From Tubiluchus corallicola (lineage: Eukaryota > Animalia > Priapulida), in NCBI GenBank assembly GCA_030141605.1, contig JAQGDQ010002394.1, forward strand, positions 57,801 through 121,800: a stretch of 64,000 nucleotides of DNA, in the 5' to 3' direction. The position numbers and the translations under genes are program-made. How positions within the stretch are numbered: the stretch's first letter is position 1; each line of letters begins with the position of its first letter. A model generated the notes under the pieces. The model did no database searches, was not told the DNA's origin, and saw nothing but the letters and a program-made list of their open reading frames with translations. This document shows, in pieces, positions 39,681 to 49,061 of this stretch.

Positions 39681-41347
39681 GTGTCTCTTAGTCCTATTGT
39701 TTTATTAAGGATAAGGTTTTCAGGAGTGCTGGTAGTGTCGAGGGTGAAGTATCCGTGTCTAATGAATTGAAATTTGTCCCCTATTTGAGCATTTTGTATA
39801 TTTTTTTCTATGCAAGCATTTTGTATAATGTTTAGTGAACTTGGATTGATGTATTCAGTAAAATCTATGTTTTTGTCTTTATCGGGTGCGGGATGGTTGA
39901 ATAGTCTATCGTATTGATTGATGGTTGCTTTGGCAGTATGTTGGCTAGATAACCAGTGTAGGGTTCCTTTTACCTTTTTTTTGCTTTCGGGCGTTCCACT
40001 TCCACTTTTGCTTTTGGGGTCATAGGTGCAGTGTACTTCTGTAATATTACCACTTTCATCTGCTTTATAATCTATGCATTTGATAATGTAGGCGTTCATT
40101 AACCTTACTTCTTTATCAGGTGCGAGACGAAAGTATTTTTTTGGAGGGTCTATATTAAAATCTTCTCTTTCTATGTATAGTGTACGTGTAAAATATAAAG
40201 TGCGTTTCCCTGTTGTAGGGTCTTCGGGGTTATTAGGGGCTTGTAAAATTTCTTCTTCTCCTTCGGGATAGTTGGTGATGATGAGTTTTATGGGATCTAA
40301 TACGGCAAACAGTCTTTGTGCTGTTTTGTTAAGGTCTTCGCGGATGCAGTGTTCTAATAGAGAAACGTCTATGATGTTCTCGCGTTTAGAAACTCCTATT
40401 TTGTCGCTAAAATTTTTGATGGCTTGTGCTGTATATCCTCTTTTTCGCAAGCCTGCCATGGTGGGCATTCGTGGGTCGTCCCAGCCTGCTACATAGTTGC
40501 TCTCAATGAGTTGTAATAGTTTTCGTTTGCTCATTATGGTGTAGGAAAGGTTAAGGCGTGAAAACTCTATTTGTTGTGGTTGATGCGGAACAAGGTTTTT
40601 GTTGAGCCATTCGTAAAGGGGGCGGTGTACTTCAAACTCTAATGTGCAGATGGAGTGTGTAATACCTTCTATAGAGTCGGATATACCGTGTGCAAAATCA
40701 TACATCGGATATATGTTCCATTCGTTTCCTGTGTGGTGGTGAGATGTTTTAAGTATTCTATATAGTGCGGGGTCTCTCATATGCATATTGGGAGATGCCA
40801 TATCTATTTTTGCTCGCAATAGTTTTGACCCTTCGGGGTGTTTGCCTTCTTTCATCTCTTGAAATAGGGTGAAATTCTCTTCTATGGGTCTGTTTCGGTA
40901 AGGGCTTTCTTTTCCTGCTTTTGTGGGGGTGCCTTTGTCTCTCTTTATTTCTTCAGGTGTTTGTTCGCACACGTAGGCTTTGCCTTGTTGTATGAGTTTG
41001 AGAGCAAGTTTGTATAACTGCTCAAAATAATCGGAGGTATAGTGTATAGGCTCTTCCCACTGGTAGCCAAGCCATTGAATGTCTTTTTTGATGGCGTTGA
41101 CGTATTTTTCTTCTTCTTTGGCAGGATTGGTGTCGTCGAAACGAAGGTTACATTTTCCGTTATATTTTTTTGCTAGTTCAAAGTTGAGACAAATAGACTT
41201 AGCGTGTCCTATGTGTAAATATCCATTGGGTTCAGGAGGGAAGCGGGTATGGACTTTCTGGTTGTATTTTCCTGTGTTGTTATCTTCCTCTATAATTTGT
41301 TCTATGAAATTTAAAGAAGGGATAGTTTCTTTTTTACTTTCGTCCAT
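39656..41347 (-). CDS. glnS: Glutaminyl-tRNA synthetase
   Basis: TRFPPEPNGYLHIGHAKS, LRFDDTNP, THSICTLEF, MSKR, FQF.R.GYF; TAACTTTG promoter at 41386-41393. Confidence 0.97.
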   Translation of the reverse strand: MDESKKETIPSLNFIEQIIEEDNNTGKYNQKVHTRFPPEPNGYLHIGHAKSICLNFELAKKYNGKCNLRFDDTNPAKEEEKYVNAIKKDIQWLGYQWEEPIHYTSDYFEQLYKLALKLIQQGKAYVCEQTPEEIKRDKGTPTKAGKESPYRNRPIEENFTLFQEMKEGKHPEGSKLLRAKIDMASPNMHMRDPALYRILKTSHHHTGNEWNIYPMYDFAHGISDSIEGITHSICTLEFEVHRPLYEWLNKNLVPHQPQQIEFSRLNLSYTIMSKRKLLQLIESNYVAGWDDPRMPTMAGLRKRGYTAQAIKNFSDKIGVSKRENIIDVSLLEHCIREDLNKTAQRLFAVLDPIKLIITNYPEGEEEILQAPNNPEDPTTGKRTLYFTRTLYIEREDFNIDPPKKYFRLAPDKEVRLMNAYIIKCIDYKADESGNITEVHCTYDPKSKSGSGTPESKKKVKGTLHWLSSQHTAKATINQYDRLFNHPAPDKDKNIDFTEYINPSSLNIIQNACIEKNIQNAQIGDKFQFIRHGYFTLDTTSTPENLILNKTIGLRDTWQKKQKQ

Positions 41348-41432
41348 TTATTTTTTGTGATGTTATGTATTACATTTGTAGTTTGCAAAGTTACTATTTT
41401 TTTAGTTTAATTTTTTTTAATGGTTTTTCTTT

Positions 41433-41786
41433 ATGGGTTTGATTGAAATAAAGGGAATGACATTTTATGCTTTTCACGGTCATTTTGATGTAGAACAAGT
41501 AGTGGGAAATCAATTTCTTGTTGATTTGGAATTGAAGACAGATTGTAAAAAGGCTTCAATGTCGGATGATTTAAAGGATGCTTTGAATTATCAAAAAGCA
41601 TATAAGTTGGTGAAGAAAGTAATGGATACTACTAAGTCTTATTTGCTGGAAAATGTTTGTGAGAATATTTTAAATACTTTGCATAGCGAGTTTTCTAACT
41701 TGGAAAAGGCAAAGGTAAGGGTATGTAAAGTAAATCCTCCTATGGGAGGAGAGATTGATAGGGTGTGTGTGTCTTTAGAAAGGTGA
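41433..41786 (+). CDS. folB: Dihydroneopterin aldolase
   Basis: FYAFHG...EQ..GN.F.VD, SDDL..ALNY, LLE, K.NPP motifs. Confidence 0.95.
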   Translation: MGLIEIKGMTFYAFHGHFDVEQVVGNQFLVDLELKTDCKKASMSDDLKDALNYQKAYKLVKKVMDTTKSYLLENVCENILNTLHSEFSNLEKAKVRVCKVNPPMGGEIDRVCVSLER

Positions 41787-41846
41787 AGTTGCTAGTGTTA
41801 TAGAAGTATATTGGTATTTACTTAAAATGAATGTTTTATGTAAGTA

Positions 41847-41889
41847 TAGGGGGAGGTCTATCTCTTATTAGAGATAGACCTCTCCCCTA
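41847..41889. terminator. Long hairpin between convergent folB and the spy-like gene (bidirectional terminator)
   Basis: TAGGGGGAGGTCTATCTCT-tatt-AGAGATAGACCTC(T)CCCCTA, 19-bp stem with one bulge. Confidence 0.75.
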
Positions 41890-41906
41890 GAATATTTTTT
41901 TAAGTG

Positions 41907-42413
41907 TTATTGACGATGGTAATTTGGTTTTTTTTGACAGCCCATTCCCATTCCCATTCCCATTCCCATTCCTTGTAATTTCATTTTTTGTCCCATTTTC
42001 GCCTTCATCCTATCATAATGCACCTTTTGTTCTTTGGTTAGTAGGCTTCTTACTTCTACTGATGTTTTGACGTGTTCTTTCATTATTTTGGTTGTTGTTT
42101 GTCCTACTTGGTCTATCAGCTTATTTACTTCTGTCATATTTACTTTGTCTTGTGTGGTAAGGGTTTGTAGTTTAGCACGTTGTTCGTTGAGTTGGTTTTG
42201 TAGCTGCTGAATATTTGCCATATTTTCTACTTTTAGTTGTTTGATTTGGGTTTGTTGTTGCTCTGTAAGGTCGGGTATCATTCTTTGCATCATTTCTTGA
42301 GGAGAGCAGTTGCCCTTTTTTTGTTTGTGTTCTCCTTCTCCTCTTTGTGCTTTGAGTGTTGTACTTGAAAGAATAACTACAAGTGCAATAAGTGTTAGTT
42401 TTACTGTTTTCAT
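41907..42413 (-). CDS. Spy/CpxP/ZraP-like periplasmic LTxxQ protein with a Met/Gly tail
   Basis: Signal peptide ending A-Q, LTEQQ and LTKEQ motifs, C-terminal (GM)5. Confidence 0.85.
   Translation of the reverse strand: MKTVKLTLIALVVILSSTTLKAQRGEGEHKQKKGNCSPQEMMQRMIPDLTEQQQTQIKQLKVENMANIQQLQNQLNEQRAKLQTLTTQDKVNMTEVNKLIDQVGQTTTKIMKEHVKTSVEVRSLLTKEQKVHYDRMKAKMGQKMKLQGMGMGMGMGMGCQKKPNYHRQ
41941..41970. repeat. Microsatellite (CCCATT)5 encoding Gly-Met repeats
   Basis: Five exact hexamer copies. Confidence 0.95.
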
Positions 42414-42455
42414 AATTTTAAAATTTTAATGGTTAATAGTTAATAGTTAATAATA

Positions 42456-42935
42456 TTAGTTAAGTCTATTTCCTTTGGGAGGATGATATTTTTCGCAACT
42501 CATTTTTTGCTCTATAATTTTTTTAAGCTTTTGTTTTTGCATAGTGTTTAATATTTTACTGGTCTGATATATGTGATTATACATTTCTTTTTCAAGGAGT
42601 GTTTGGTTTTGCTTTATTTCTTTTATTAAACTGTCTATAGTTGTTTGTCTGGGTTGTTCTTTTAAGGCTTGGAGTAGGAGCTGTTTTTTATTTTGATTTA
42701 TTTTTATAAAGATGGAATGAAAATCTTCTTTTTTTCTCATTGTTTTTTTTAGTTGTTCTTGTTGACTTGGATTAAGGTTAAGGCTTTTATGTAGAAAATA
42801 ATGCATTTGCGGACGCTTTGCTTCGCGATGTTTTTTGTGATGTGTTGTCCAAAAAAGCGAAAGCATAACAATGTTGGTCAATAATAGCACGATGATTGTG
42901 GCAACAAGTATTTTTTTTGTTTTTAAATGTTTCAT
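42456..42935 (-). CDS. Membrane-anchored periplasmic heavy-metal sensor-like protein (CnrX/Metal_resist fold)
   Basis: N-terminal TM (LLLTN), His-rich juxtamembrane THHKKH...MHYFLH, LNPSQ and LNTMQ LxxxQ motifs. Confidence 0.7.
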   Translation of the reverse strand: MKHLKTKKILVATIIVLLLTNIVMLSLFWTTHHKKHREAKRPQMHYFLHKSLNLNPSQQEQLKKTMRKKEDFHSIFIKINQNKKQLLLQALKEQPRQTTIDSLIKEIKQNQTLLEKEMYNHIYQTSKILNTMQKQKLKKIIEQKMSCEKYHPPKGNRLN

Positions 42936-42947
42936 TGTTCGTGTTTT

Positions 42948-43256
42948 TTAGTTAAGTAGTGTGTAGTATGTTTGCTCTGTAAAATATGGGTTTTCTTCTG
43001 TTGAAGAAATTAGTTTTGTGTCTTTGTTTACATTTTGGTTGAATAAATATATAGCTGAAAATATATTGATGGCTATAATAATAGCAATAACAACTGGACG
43101 TAAATAGGCGGGTAGAGTAACAAGTGTTTTTTCTTCCTCCATAGTTTTTATTTTTGCTTTTAGCCTTGTGTAGAAGAAATGGTTGGCTTGTATCTTCTTC
43201 CTATTTTCGAGACTGTGAATAGTCTTTTGTATTTTATTTTCTATAATATTTTTCAT
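42948..43256 (-). CDS. Probable anti-sigma factor (single TM)
   Basis: Directly after the ECF sigma; FFYTRL.A motif and one TM helix. ATG 43256 preferred because the TTG at 43295 lies within a promoter motif. Confidence 0.7.
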   Translation of the reverse strand: MKNIIENKIQKTIHSLENRKKIQANHFFYTRLKAKIKTMEEEKTLVTLPAYLRPVVIAIIIAINIFSAIYLFNQNVNKDTKLISSTEENPYFTEQTYYTLLN

Positions 43257-43274
43257 TGTTATTGTGTTTCTATT

Positions 43275-43303
43275 AGTTGGACGTAGATTTTTCAAAAACC
43301 TTT
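43275..43303 (-). promoter_or_regulatory. Candidate ECF promoter, copy 2 (AAAGG-N13-TACGTCCAACT)
   Basis: Same motif and spacing as the copy upstream of the sigma gene; CGTC -10 core. Confidence 0.6.
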
Positions 43304-43309
43304 TATTTT

Positions 43310-43888
43310 TTATTTATAATTTTTCGTATAATAGACTTGTAAATGCTTTTTTAAGTTTTTCTTGGCTCTAAATAGCAAGGATTCAACGGATGGTATGGTA
43401 GTAGACAATGTGGCTGCTATTTCTTTATAGCTCATATCGTTAAACTTGTTCAAAATAAGAACTGTTTTTTGGTTTTGAGATAGTTTGTCTATTGCTGCAT
43501 TAAGGGCTTGTTCTGTTTCTTGGTCTTCTATGACTTTTTGTGGAGTTTCGTTGGTGGATGCGTAAATATTTTGGTCTGCAATGTCTTGAAATGTAATTAG
43601 TCTCTTAACACTGCCAAGGAGTTTTTGAGTTTTCTTTTTTCGCAAGAAGTCGATAGACTTATTAACAGCAATTCTATATATCCACGTAGAAAGTTGGCTG
43701 TCGGCTCGGAAATTATCTAAGGAGTAATATACCTTTATAAATACCTCTTGGGCTATGTCTTCAGCATCTTCTATGTTGTGAACATAGCCGTAGCAAATAT
43801 TGACAATAGAATCTTTGCGTTCTTCTACCAGTTTTTGGAAATTTGTTTTTTCTTTTATTGTAGTGGTCTTTCTCAAAGTGTTTTCCAC
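43310..43888 (-). CDS. ECF RNA polymerase sigma-70 factor
   Basis: DAEDIAQEVF, LSTWIYRIAVN..ID.LR (region 2); SYKEIA..L......VES.LFRAK..L (region 4). Confidence 0.95.
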   Translation of the reverse strand: MENTLRKTTTIKEKTNFQKLVEERKDSIVNICYGYVHNIEDAEDIAQEVFIKVYYSLDNFRADSQLSTWIYRIAVNKSIDFLRKKKTQKLLGSVKRLITFQDIADQNIYASTNETPQKVIEDQETEQALNAAIDKLSQNQKTVLILNKFNDMSYKEIAATLSTTIPSVESLLFRAKKNLKKHLQVYYTKNYK

Positions 43889-43929
43889 GTATTGGGGGGT
43901 ATTATTTTTTTAAAAAATTTCTCTTTCAC

Positions 43930-43958
43930 AGTTTGACGTATTTCTTGAAAGTTCCTTG
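43930..43958 (-). promoter_or_regulatory. Candidate ECF promoter, copy 1 (CAAGG-N13-TACGTCAAACT), autoregulatory
   Basis: About 40 nt upstream of the sigma start; matches copy 2 in both boxes and in spacing. Confidence 0.6.
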
Positions 43959-44265
43959 TGAAATTTTTTAAATAAGTGATAAATGTAGTGTTTATTAACG
44001 ACTTTTGGGTTACATATTAAGAATTAAAAACTGGGAATAAGTGGTGTGTTGTGTGCTGCTTGGCGATGAATTGTTCTTAGTAAGATGAAACTTCATTATT
44101 TTTGTTTCAACATAAATCAATTGACCTGTGTTGTTACGGCACACTGCAAAATGTTAGTTCATTGAAATAGGTTCTGCTGTAAAGTCTTCTTTTGAGGTAT
44201 TTTAACTTCATATGACTTCAAAAGAATATTTTTATCTTTGCACATACACAAATATATATAGCGAT

Positions 44266-45039
44266 ATGAATCAGGTCAAACCTCTGATACTTATTACCAA
44301 TGATGATGGTGTAGAAGCAAAAGGCATTAAAAGATTAACGGAAGCAGTGCAGGACCTTGCTGATGTTATAATAGTAGCACCTCACGAGGGTAATTCTGGT
44401 ATGTCGCACGCTATTACCACAAAAGTACCTATTAGGGTAGAAAAACTGTCGGAAATAGAAGGTCTGACCATTTATGCCTGCACAGGTACACCAGTCGACT
44501 GTGTAAAGGTAGCACTAAACAAACTTACATCCCGCAAGCCCGACCTTATACTTTCAGGCATTAACCACGGTTCTAATTCCTCTATCAGTGTTATCTATTC
44601 TGGTACTATGGCAGGAGCTATGGAAGGAGCTTTGAATAATGTACCTTCCATAGGCTTTTCATTGTTAGACCACTCAGAAGATGCCGATTTTTCTCATGCT
44701 ATAAAGTACATAAAACAAATAGTGGTAGAAACGTTGCAAAGGAGTTCTCAATCTAATATTTGCCTCAATGTAAATATACCTATTTATACGACCCAAGAGA
44801 TAAAGGGCATAAAAGTGTGCCGACAAACTAAGGGAGTATGGGCAGAAGAGCTTGATCATCGTAAAGACCCTTTTGGAAAGGACTATTACTGGCTGACGGG
44901 CTATCTTAATAATCACGAGGAGGATACAAAAGATACTGACGAATGGGCTTTGAAAAATAACTATATCTCTGTGGTGCCTGTGCATACTGACCTTACAGCT
45001 TACAAGGTAATGGACGAGATAAAAATGTGGAATTTATGA
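44266..45039 (+). CDS. surE: 5'/3'-nucleotidase SurE
   Basis: ILITNDDG, GTPVDCV, SGINHGSN, YSGT. TATCTTTG promoter at 44233-44240 supports ATG 44266. Confidence 0.95.
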   Translation: MNQVKPLILITNDDGVEAKGIKRLTEAVQDLADVIIVAPHEGNSGMSHAITTKVPIRVEKLSEIEGLTIYACTGTPVDCVKVALNKLTSRKPDLILSGINHGSNSSISVIYSGTMAGAMEGALNNVPSIGFSLLDHSEDADFSHAIKYIKQIVVETLQRSSQSNICLNVNIPIYTTQEIKGIKVCRQTKGVWAEELDHRKDPFGKDYYWLTGYLNNHEEDTKDTDEWALKNNYISVVPVHTDLTAYKVMDEIKMWNL

Positions 45040-45341
45040 ACGAGGAAAAAAAAGTATCAAAGTATGATACGTTCTTGGTGGGCATTTTAACGGGACTACT
45101 TGTACCTGCTATTGTGTTTTTTATTGTTACTGCTATTTGGTTTTCTAAGGTAGAGAACTCTTCTTTCGAGCAAATAATACAGCTGGGGCTTGCAACTAAG
45201 TTTTTAAGCTTGGCCACTATTCCCAATCTTTTTACTTTCTTTATATTTACTTGCGAATGTAGAGGTTGGATAAAAGCGACAAAAGGACTGGTGAGTGTTA
45301 CTATTTTATTAGGAATATTAATCTTTATATTTGCTGTATAA
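45036..45341 (+). CDS. Small 3-TM membrane protein, translationally coupled between surE and lpxB
   Basis: ATGA overlap with the surE stop and TAATG overlap with the lpxB start; SLA.IPNL..FF motif. Confidence 0.75.
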   Translation: MNEEKKVSKYDTFLVGILTGLLVPAIVFFIVTAIWFSKVENSSFEQIIQLGLATKFLSLATIPNLFTFFIFTCECRGWIKATKGLVSVTILLGILIFIFAV

Positions 45342-46483
45342 TGAAGTATTTTATCATAGCGGGTGAAGTATCGGGTGATTTGCAGGTGTCTAAGATAATG
45401 CGCTATTTAAAGAAAGTAGACAAAGAAGCTGATTTTAGGTATATGGGGGGAGATTTGATGCAAGCGGAAGGAGGAACATTAATAAAACATATTAAGGAAA
45501 TGGCTTTTATGTGGTTTGTCGATGTTTTGATGAATCTTAGAACCATAAAGCGAACCTTAGACCTCTGTAAAAGGGAACTACTGAACTACAAGCCCGATGT
45601 GTTGATATTGGTAGATTATCCTAGTTTCAATTTTCGTATGGCTAAATTTGCCAAGCAGCATAAGGTCAAAGTATATTATTTTATACCTCCTAAAATATGG
45701 GCGTGGAAAGAGTATCGCATCAAACAAATAAAGCGAAATGTAGATAAAATATTTAGCATATTGCCTTTTGAAGTGGAATTTTATAAAGGACACAACTACC
45801 CTATCAACTACATAGGCAATCCATTAGTAGATAATATAGATGAACGTAGTTATAAAGATGAGACTTTCTCTACTTTTCTTCAACGAAATAAAATAATTGA
45901 TAAACGTTCTATTGTGGCTTTACTTTCGGGCAGCAGAAAGCAAGAGATAAAAAAAATATTGCCTGTAATGTTGAAGATGATAAAAAAATTTCCTCAATAC
46001 CAATTCATTATAGCAGGTGTAAAAACTATTCCAAAAGAATTGTATAGTAAATTGACAAAAGACTACGATGTGAAAATCATATATGACGAAACCTACCCAT
46101 TGTTACAGCAGGCAAAAGCTGCATTGGTAACTTCGGGTACCGCTACATTAGAAACTGCCTTATTGAATGTGCCGCAGGTAGTATGCTACAAGTTTTTTGG
46201 AGGAAGATTTGCTTATAATCTTTATAGGTTTGTTGCTAATTCGAACTTAAAATATATCTCCCTTGTCAATTTAATAATGAATAAAATGGTAGTTAAAGAG
46301 CTTATACAGCATTATTTAACAGAGGATACTTTGGAAGCAGAAATGAAAAACATACTGGAAAATAAGAGTTATAAGCAACAAATGTTTAATAATTATAAAA
46401 GCCTAAAAAAGAAAGTAGGAGAAAAAGGAGCTGCTGAACGGACAGCTAAATTAATGTATAAATATTTAAAAGAAGGAGTATAA
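45341..46483 (+). CDS. lpxB: Lipid-A-disaccharide synthase
   Basis: IAGE.SGD, DYP.FN, P.IWAW, ILPFE, GNPL, GSR..E, SGTATLE, ELIQ. Confidence 0.93.
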   Translation: MKYFIIAGEVSGDLQVSKIMRYLKKVDKEADFRYMGGDLMQAEGGTLIKHIKEMAFMWFVDVLMNLRTIKRTLDLCKRELLNYKPDVLILVDYPSFNFRMAKFAKQHKVKVYYFIPPKIWAWKEYRIKQIKRNVDKIFSILPFEVEFYKGHNYPINYIGNPLVDNIDERSYKDETFSTFLQRNKIIDKRSIVALLSGSRKQEIKKILPVMLKMIKKFPQYQFIIAGVKTIPKELYSKLTKDYDVKIIYDETYPLLQQAKAALVTSGTATLETALLNVPQVVCYKFFGGRFAYNLYRFVANSNLKYISLVNLIMNKMVVKELIQHYLTEDTLEAEMKNILENKSYKQQMFNNYKSLKKKVGEKGAAERTAKLMYKYLKEGV

Positions 46484-46487
46484 AAGA

Positions 46488-47219
46488 ATGCTTGCATTAC
46501 TCATCAAAGAAATAAATCATTTTTTCAGTTCACTTATAGGGTATATCGTTATTGTTGTGTTTTTGCTTATCAACAGCTTGTTTATTTGGATTATCCCCGG
46601 ACAATATAACATATTAGATACTGGCTACGCCAATCTTGATACACTCTTTTTCCTTGCACCTTGGGTATTTTTATTTCTTATACCTGCTATTACGATGCGG
46701 TTGTTTGCAGAGGAAAAAAAGACTGGAACTTTGGAGCTTCTTCTGGTAAAACCTCTTACAGATTTGCAAATTATACTTGCTAAATATTTATCAGCTTTGC
46801 TTATTGTGGTGCTTTCTATTCTCCCTACGCTTGTATATTTCTATTCCGTGTATCAATTAGGGGCTGAAAAAGGCAATATAGACATAGGTGGTACTTGGGG
46901 TGCTTACATTGGACTATTTTTTCTTGGGGCTATTTATACTGCAATAGGTGTGTTTGCATCGTCTACTACTTCTAATCAAATTGTAGCTTTCATACTATCG
47001 GCCTTGTTGTCTTTCTTCTTTTATGTGGGTTTCGATGCAATTAGCTATGTTCCTTTTTTAAAAAGTATACAAGGTATCATTATCAATTTAGGCATAGAGC
47101 GGTACTACAACTCTATGAGTAGAGGAGTGATAGACTCGCGCGATGTAATATATTCGCTAGCTACTATTACTTTTTTTATAGTACTTACTCAAATATCAAT
47201 CAACAGGAGGAAATGGTAA
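46488..47219 (+). CDS. gldF: Gliding-motility ABC transporter permease GldF
   Basis: KEI..FF.S.IGY, APWVFLFLIPAITMR.FAEEK..GTLELL, SRGVID.RD. Confidence 0.92.
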   Translation: MLALLIKEINHFFSSLIGYIVIVVFLLINSLFIWIIPGQYNILDTGYANLDTLFFLAPWVFLFLIPAITMRLFAEEKKTGTLELLLVKPLTDLQIILAKYLSALLIVVLSILPTLVYFYSVYQLGAEKGNIDIGGTWGAYIGLFFLGAIYTAIGVFASSTTSNQIVAFILSALLSFFFYVGFDAISYVPFLKSIQGIIINLGIERYYNSMSRGVIDSRDVIYSLATITFFIVLTQISINRRKW

Positions 47220-48940
47220 AAAGACTTGTTTCATATATGCGAAATTTGAGTTTTAAAACTCGTAGTATAATATATACATTCAGCAGTTTGTTTGTACTTT
47301 GTTTTGTAGTAATTATTTCACAATATCAACATTTCAAAATAGACCTTACATTAGATAAACGCTATACTCTTTCTTCGCATACTGAAAAATTACTGAAAAG
47401 CATAGAGGGCGAAGTAGAGATTAAGTTTTACTTAGAAGGAAACCTTCCAATTGCTTACAAGTATCTTAGAAATACAGTGACAGAAACATTACAGGAATAC
47501 AAAGATATTGCGAAAGAAAAACTCAACTATCAGCTAATAGACCCCAATAAGCACGGAGAAGAATTATTTGATGAACTATATAGGGATGGCAAAGGTCTTA
47601 TACCTGAACAAATACAGGAGACTAATGCGGAGGGACAAATAGTAACGAGAACACTACTTCCGGCTATGCTTATTACCTATAATGGAAAAGCCTACCCTCT
47701 CAATTTACTCAAAAAGAAACGAGGTGCTACTCTTACTGAAAATATTCATAATGCAGAACAAAGTTTAGAATATGAACTTACTAAGGCTATAAAGATACTT
47801 ACGCAGAAAAATAAACAGAAGATAGCTTTTATAGAAGGGCATAATGAACTGAACGATTATCAAGTAGCTGATATTACTAAAACTCTTTTAGACCAATATG
47901 ATATAGGGTGGATAGACCTCTCTTTGTTCCCGCAAGATATGCTTAATGAACACAAGCTACTTATTATAGCCAAACCACAAACCAAATTTAGTGAACAAGA
48001 AAAATACAAGTTAGACCAGTATATAATGAATGGGGGGAGAACAATATGGTTTATAGACCAAGTGGATGTAAATAACGATACTTTGACTGATACAAAAAGA
48101 GCGTTGGCATACATAAGCGACTTTAATCTTAATGACCAACTTTTTACCTATGGGGTGAGAATAAATTCTTATATTGTGCAAGACCGACAGTGCGGTGTAA
48201 TACCTATTAACGTAGCTTTGCCTGACCAAAGCACGGAGTACAGATATTTTGATTTCTTTTACCACCCTCTTATTTCAACTTCAAACGACCATCCTATAAC
48301 TAAGAGTGTAGGTATAATAAAGTCAGAATTTGCAAATACTATAGATACCGTAGGAAAAAATGATAATATAAAGAAAACAATACTACTTAAAACATCTTCT
48401 AACAGTCATATATCAAAGGCACCATTTCTTATAGATTTGGAACAGGACATTGTAAAACCGAGAAATCTCAATAAATTTAACCAACCTTCGCAATCTATAG
48501 CAGTTCTTTTGGAAGGGAGCTTTCCTTCTGTTTTTAGAAATAGAATGTTGCCCAACCTCAATATGAACAATATTAAAAAAGAAAGTATAGATACAAAAAT
48601 GATAGTAGTAGCGGATGGAGATATTATAGCCAATAAAACCGTAAAAAAAGGAACACAAATAGGAATATTGCCACTTGGTTATGACCGTTATACCGAGAAT
48701 ACATATAGCAACAAAGAGTTTATAACCAATGCTGTTTATTATTTAACAAGTAATGAGGGATGGATGAACCTGAAAAATAAGGAGTACAAACTAATGTTGT
48801 TAGATAAAACAAAAGTCAATAAAGAGAGAGTCCGTTGGCAAGTTATAAATGTAGTACTACCTGTTTTTTTAATTTTACTTTTTGGAGCGGCATTCAATTT
48901 TATAAAGAAAAAACGCTTAAAAGTTAGAAAAATAGACTGA
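47213..48940 (+). CDS. gldG: Gliding-motility ABC transporter auxiliary component GldG
   Basis: DLT.DKRYTLS, YLEG.LP, LEYE, LDQYIM.GG, MIVVADGD, PLGYD, WQ..N...P. Confidence 0.92.
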   Translation: MVKRLVSYMRNLSFKTRSIIYTFSSLFVLCFVVIISQYQHFKIDLTLDKRYTLSSHTEKLLKSIEGEVEIKFYLEGNLPIAYKYLRNTVTETLQEYKDIAKEKLNYQLIDPNKHGEELFDELYRDGKGLIPEQIQETNAEGQIVTRTLLPAMLITYNGKAYPLNLLKKKRGATLTENIHNAEQSLEYELTKAIKILTQKNKQKIAFIEGHNELNDYQVADITKTLLDQYDIGWIDLSLFPQDMLNEHKLLIIAKPQTKFSEQEKYKLDQYIMNGGRTIWFIDQVDVNNDTLTDTKRALAYISDFNLNDQLFTYGVRINSYIVQDRQCGVIPINVALPDQSTEYRYFDFFYHPLISTSNDHPITKSVGIIKSEFANTIDTVGKNDNIKKTILLKTSSNSHISKAPFLIDLEQDIVKPRNLNKFNQPSQSIAVLLEGSFPSVFRNRMLPNLNMNNIKKESIDTKMIVVADGDIIANKTVKKGTQIGILPLGYDRYTENTYSNKEFITNAVYYLTSNEGWMNLKNKEYKLMLLDKTKVNKERVRWQVINVVLPVFLILLFGAAFNFIKKKRLKVRKID

Positions 48941-49061
48941 TTCCGTATTAAAGTTCGTAAAAAAATATTCTAAACAAAAAAAATTAAAATACTAAAAACC
49001 AGCAATTTACAAATTCCTCCTTTTTTTAAGAAGCAGAAAAGATAAAAAAAATCATTATTAA

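Noticed and set aside
42432-42452. Short GTTAATA tandem repeat between the sensor and spy-like genes, and a possible third ECF promoter
   Set aside because: Low-complexity AT-rich repeat with no CGTC box at the required spacing
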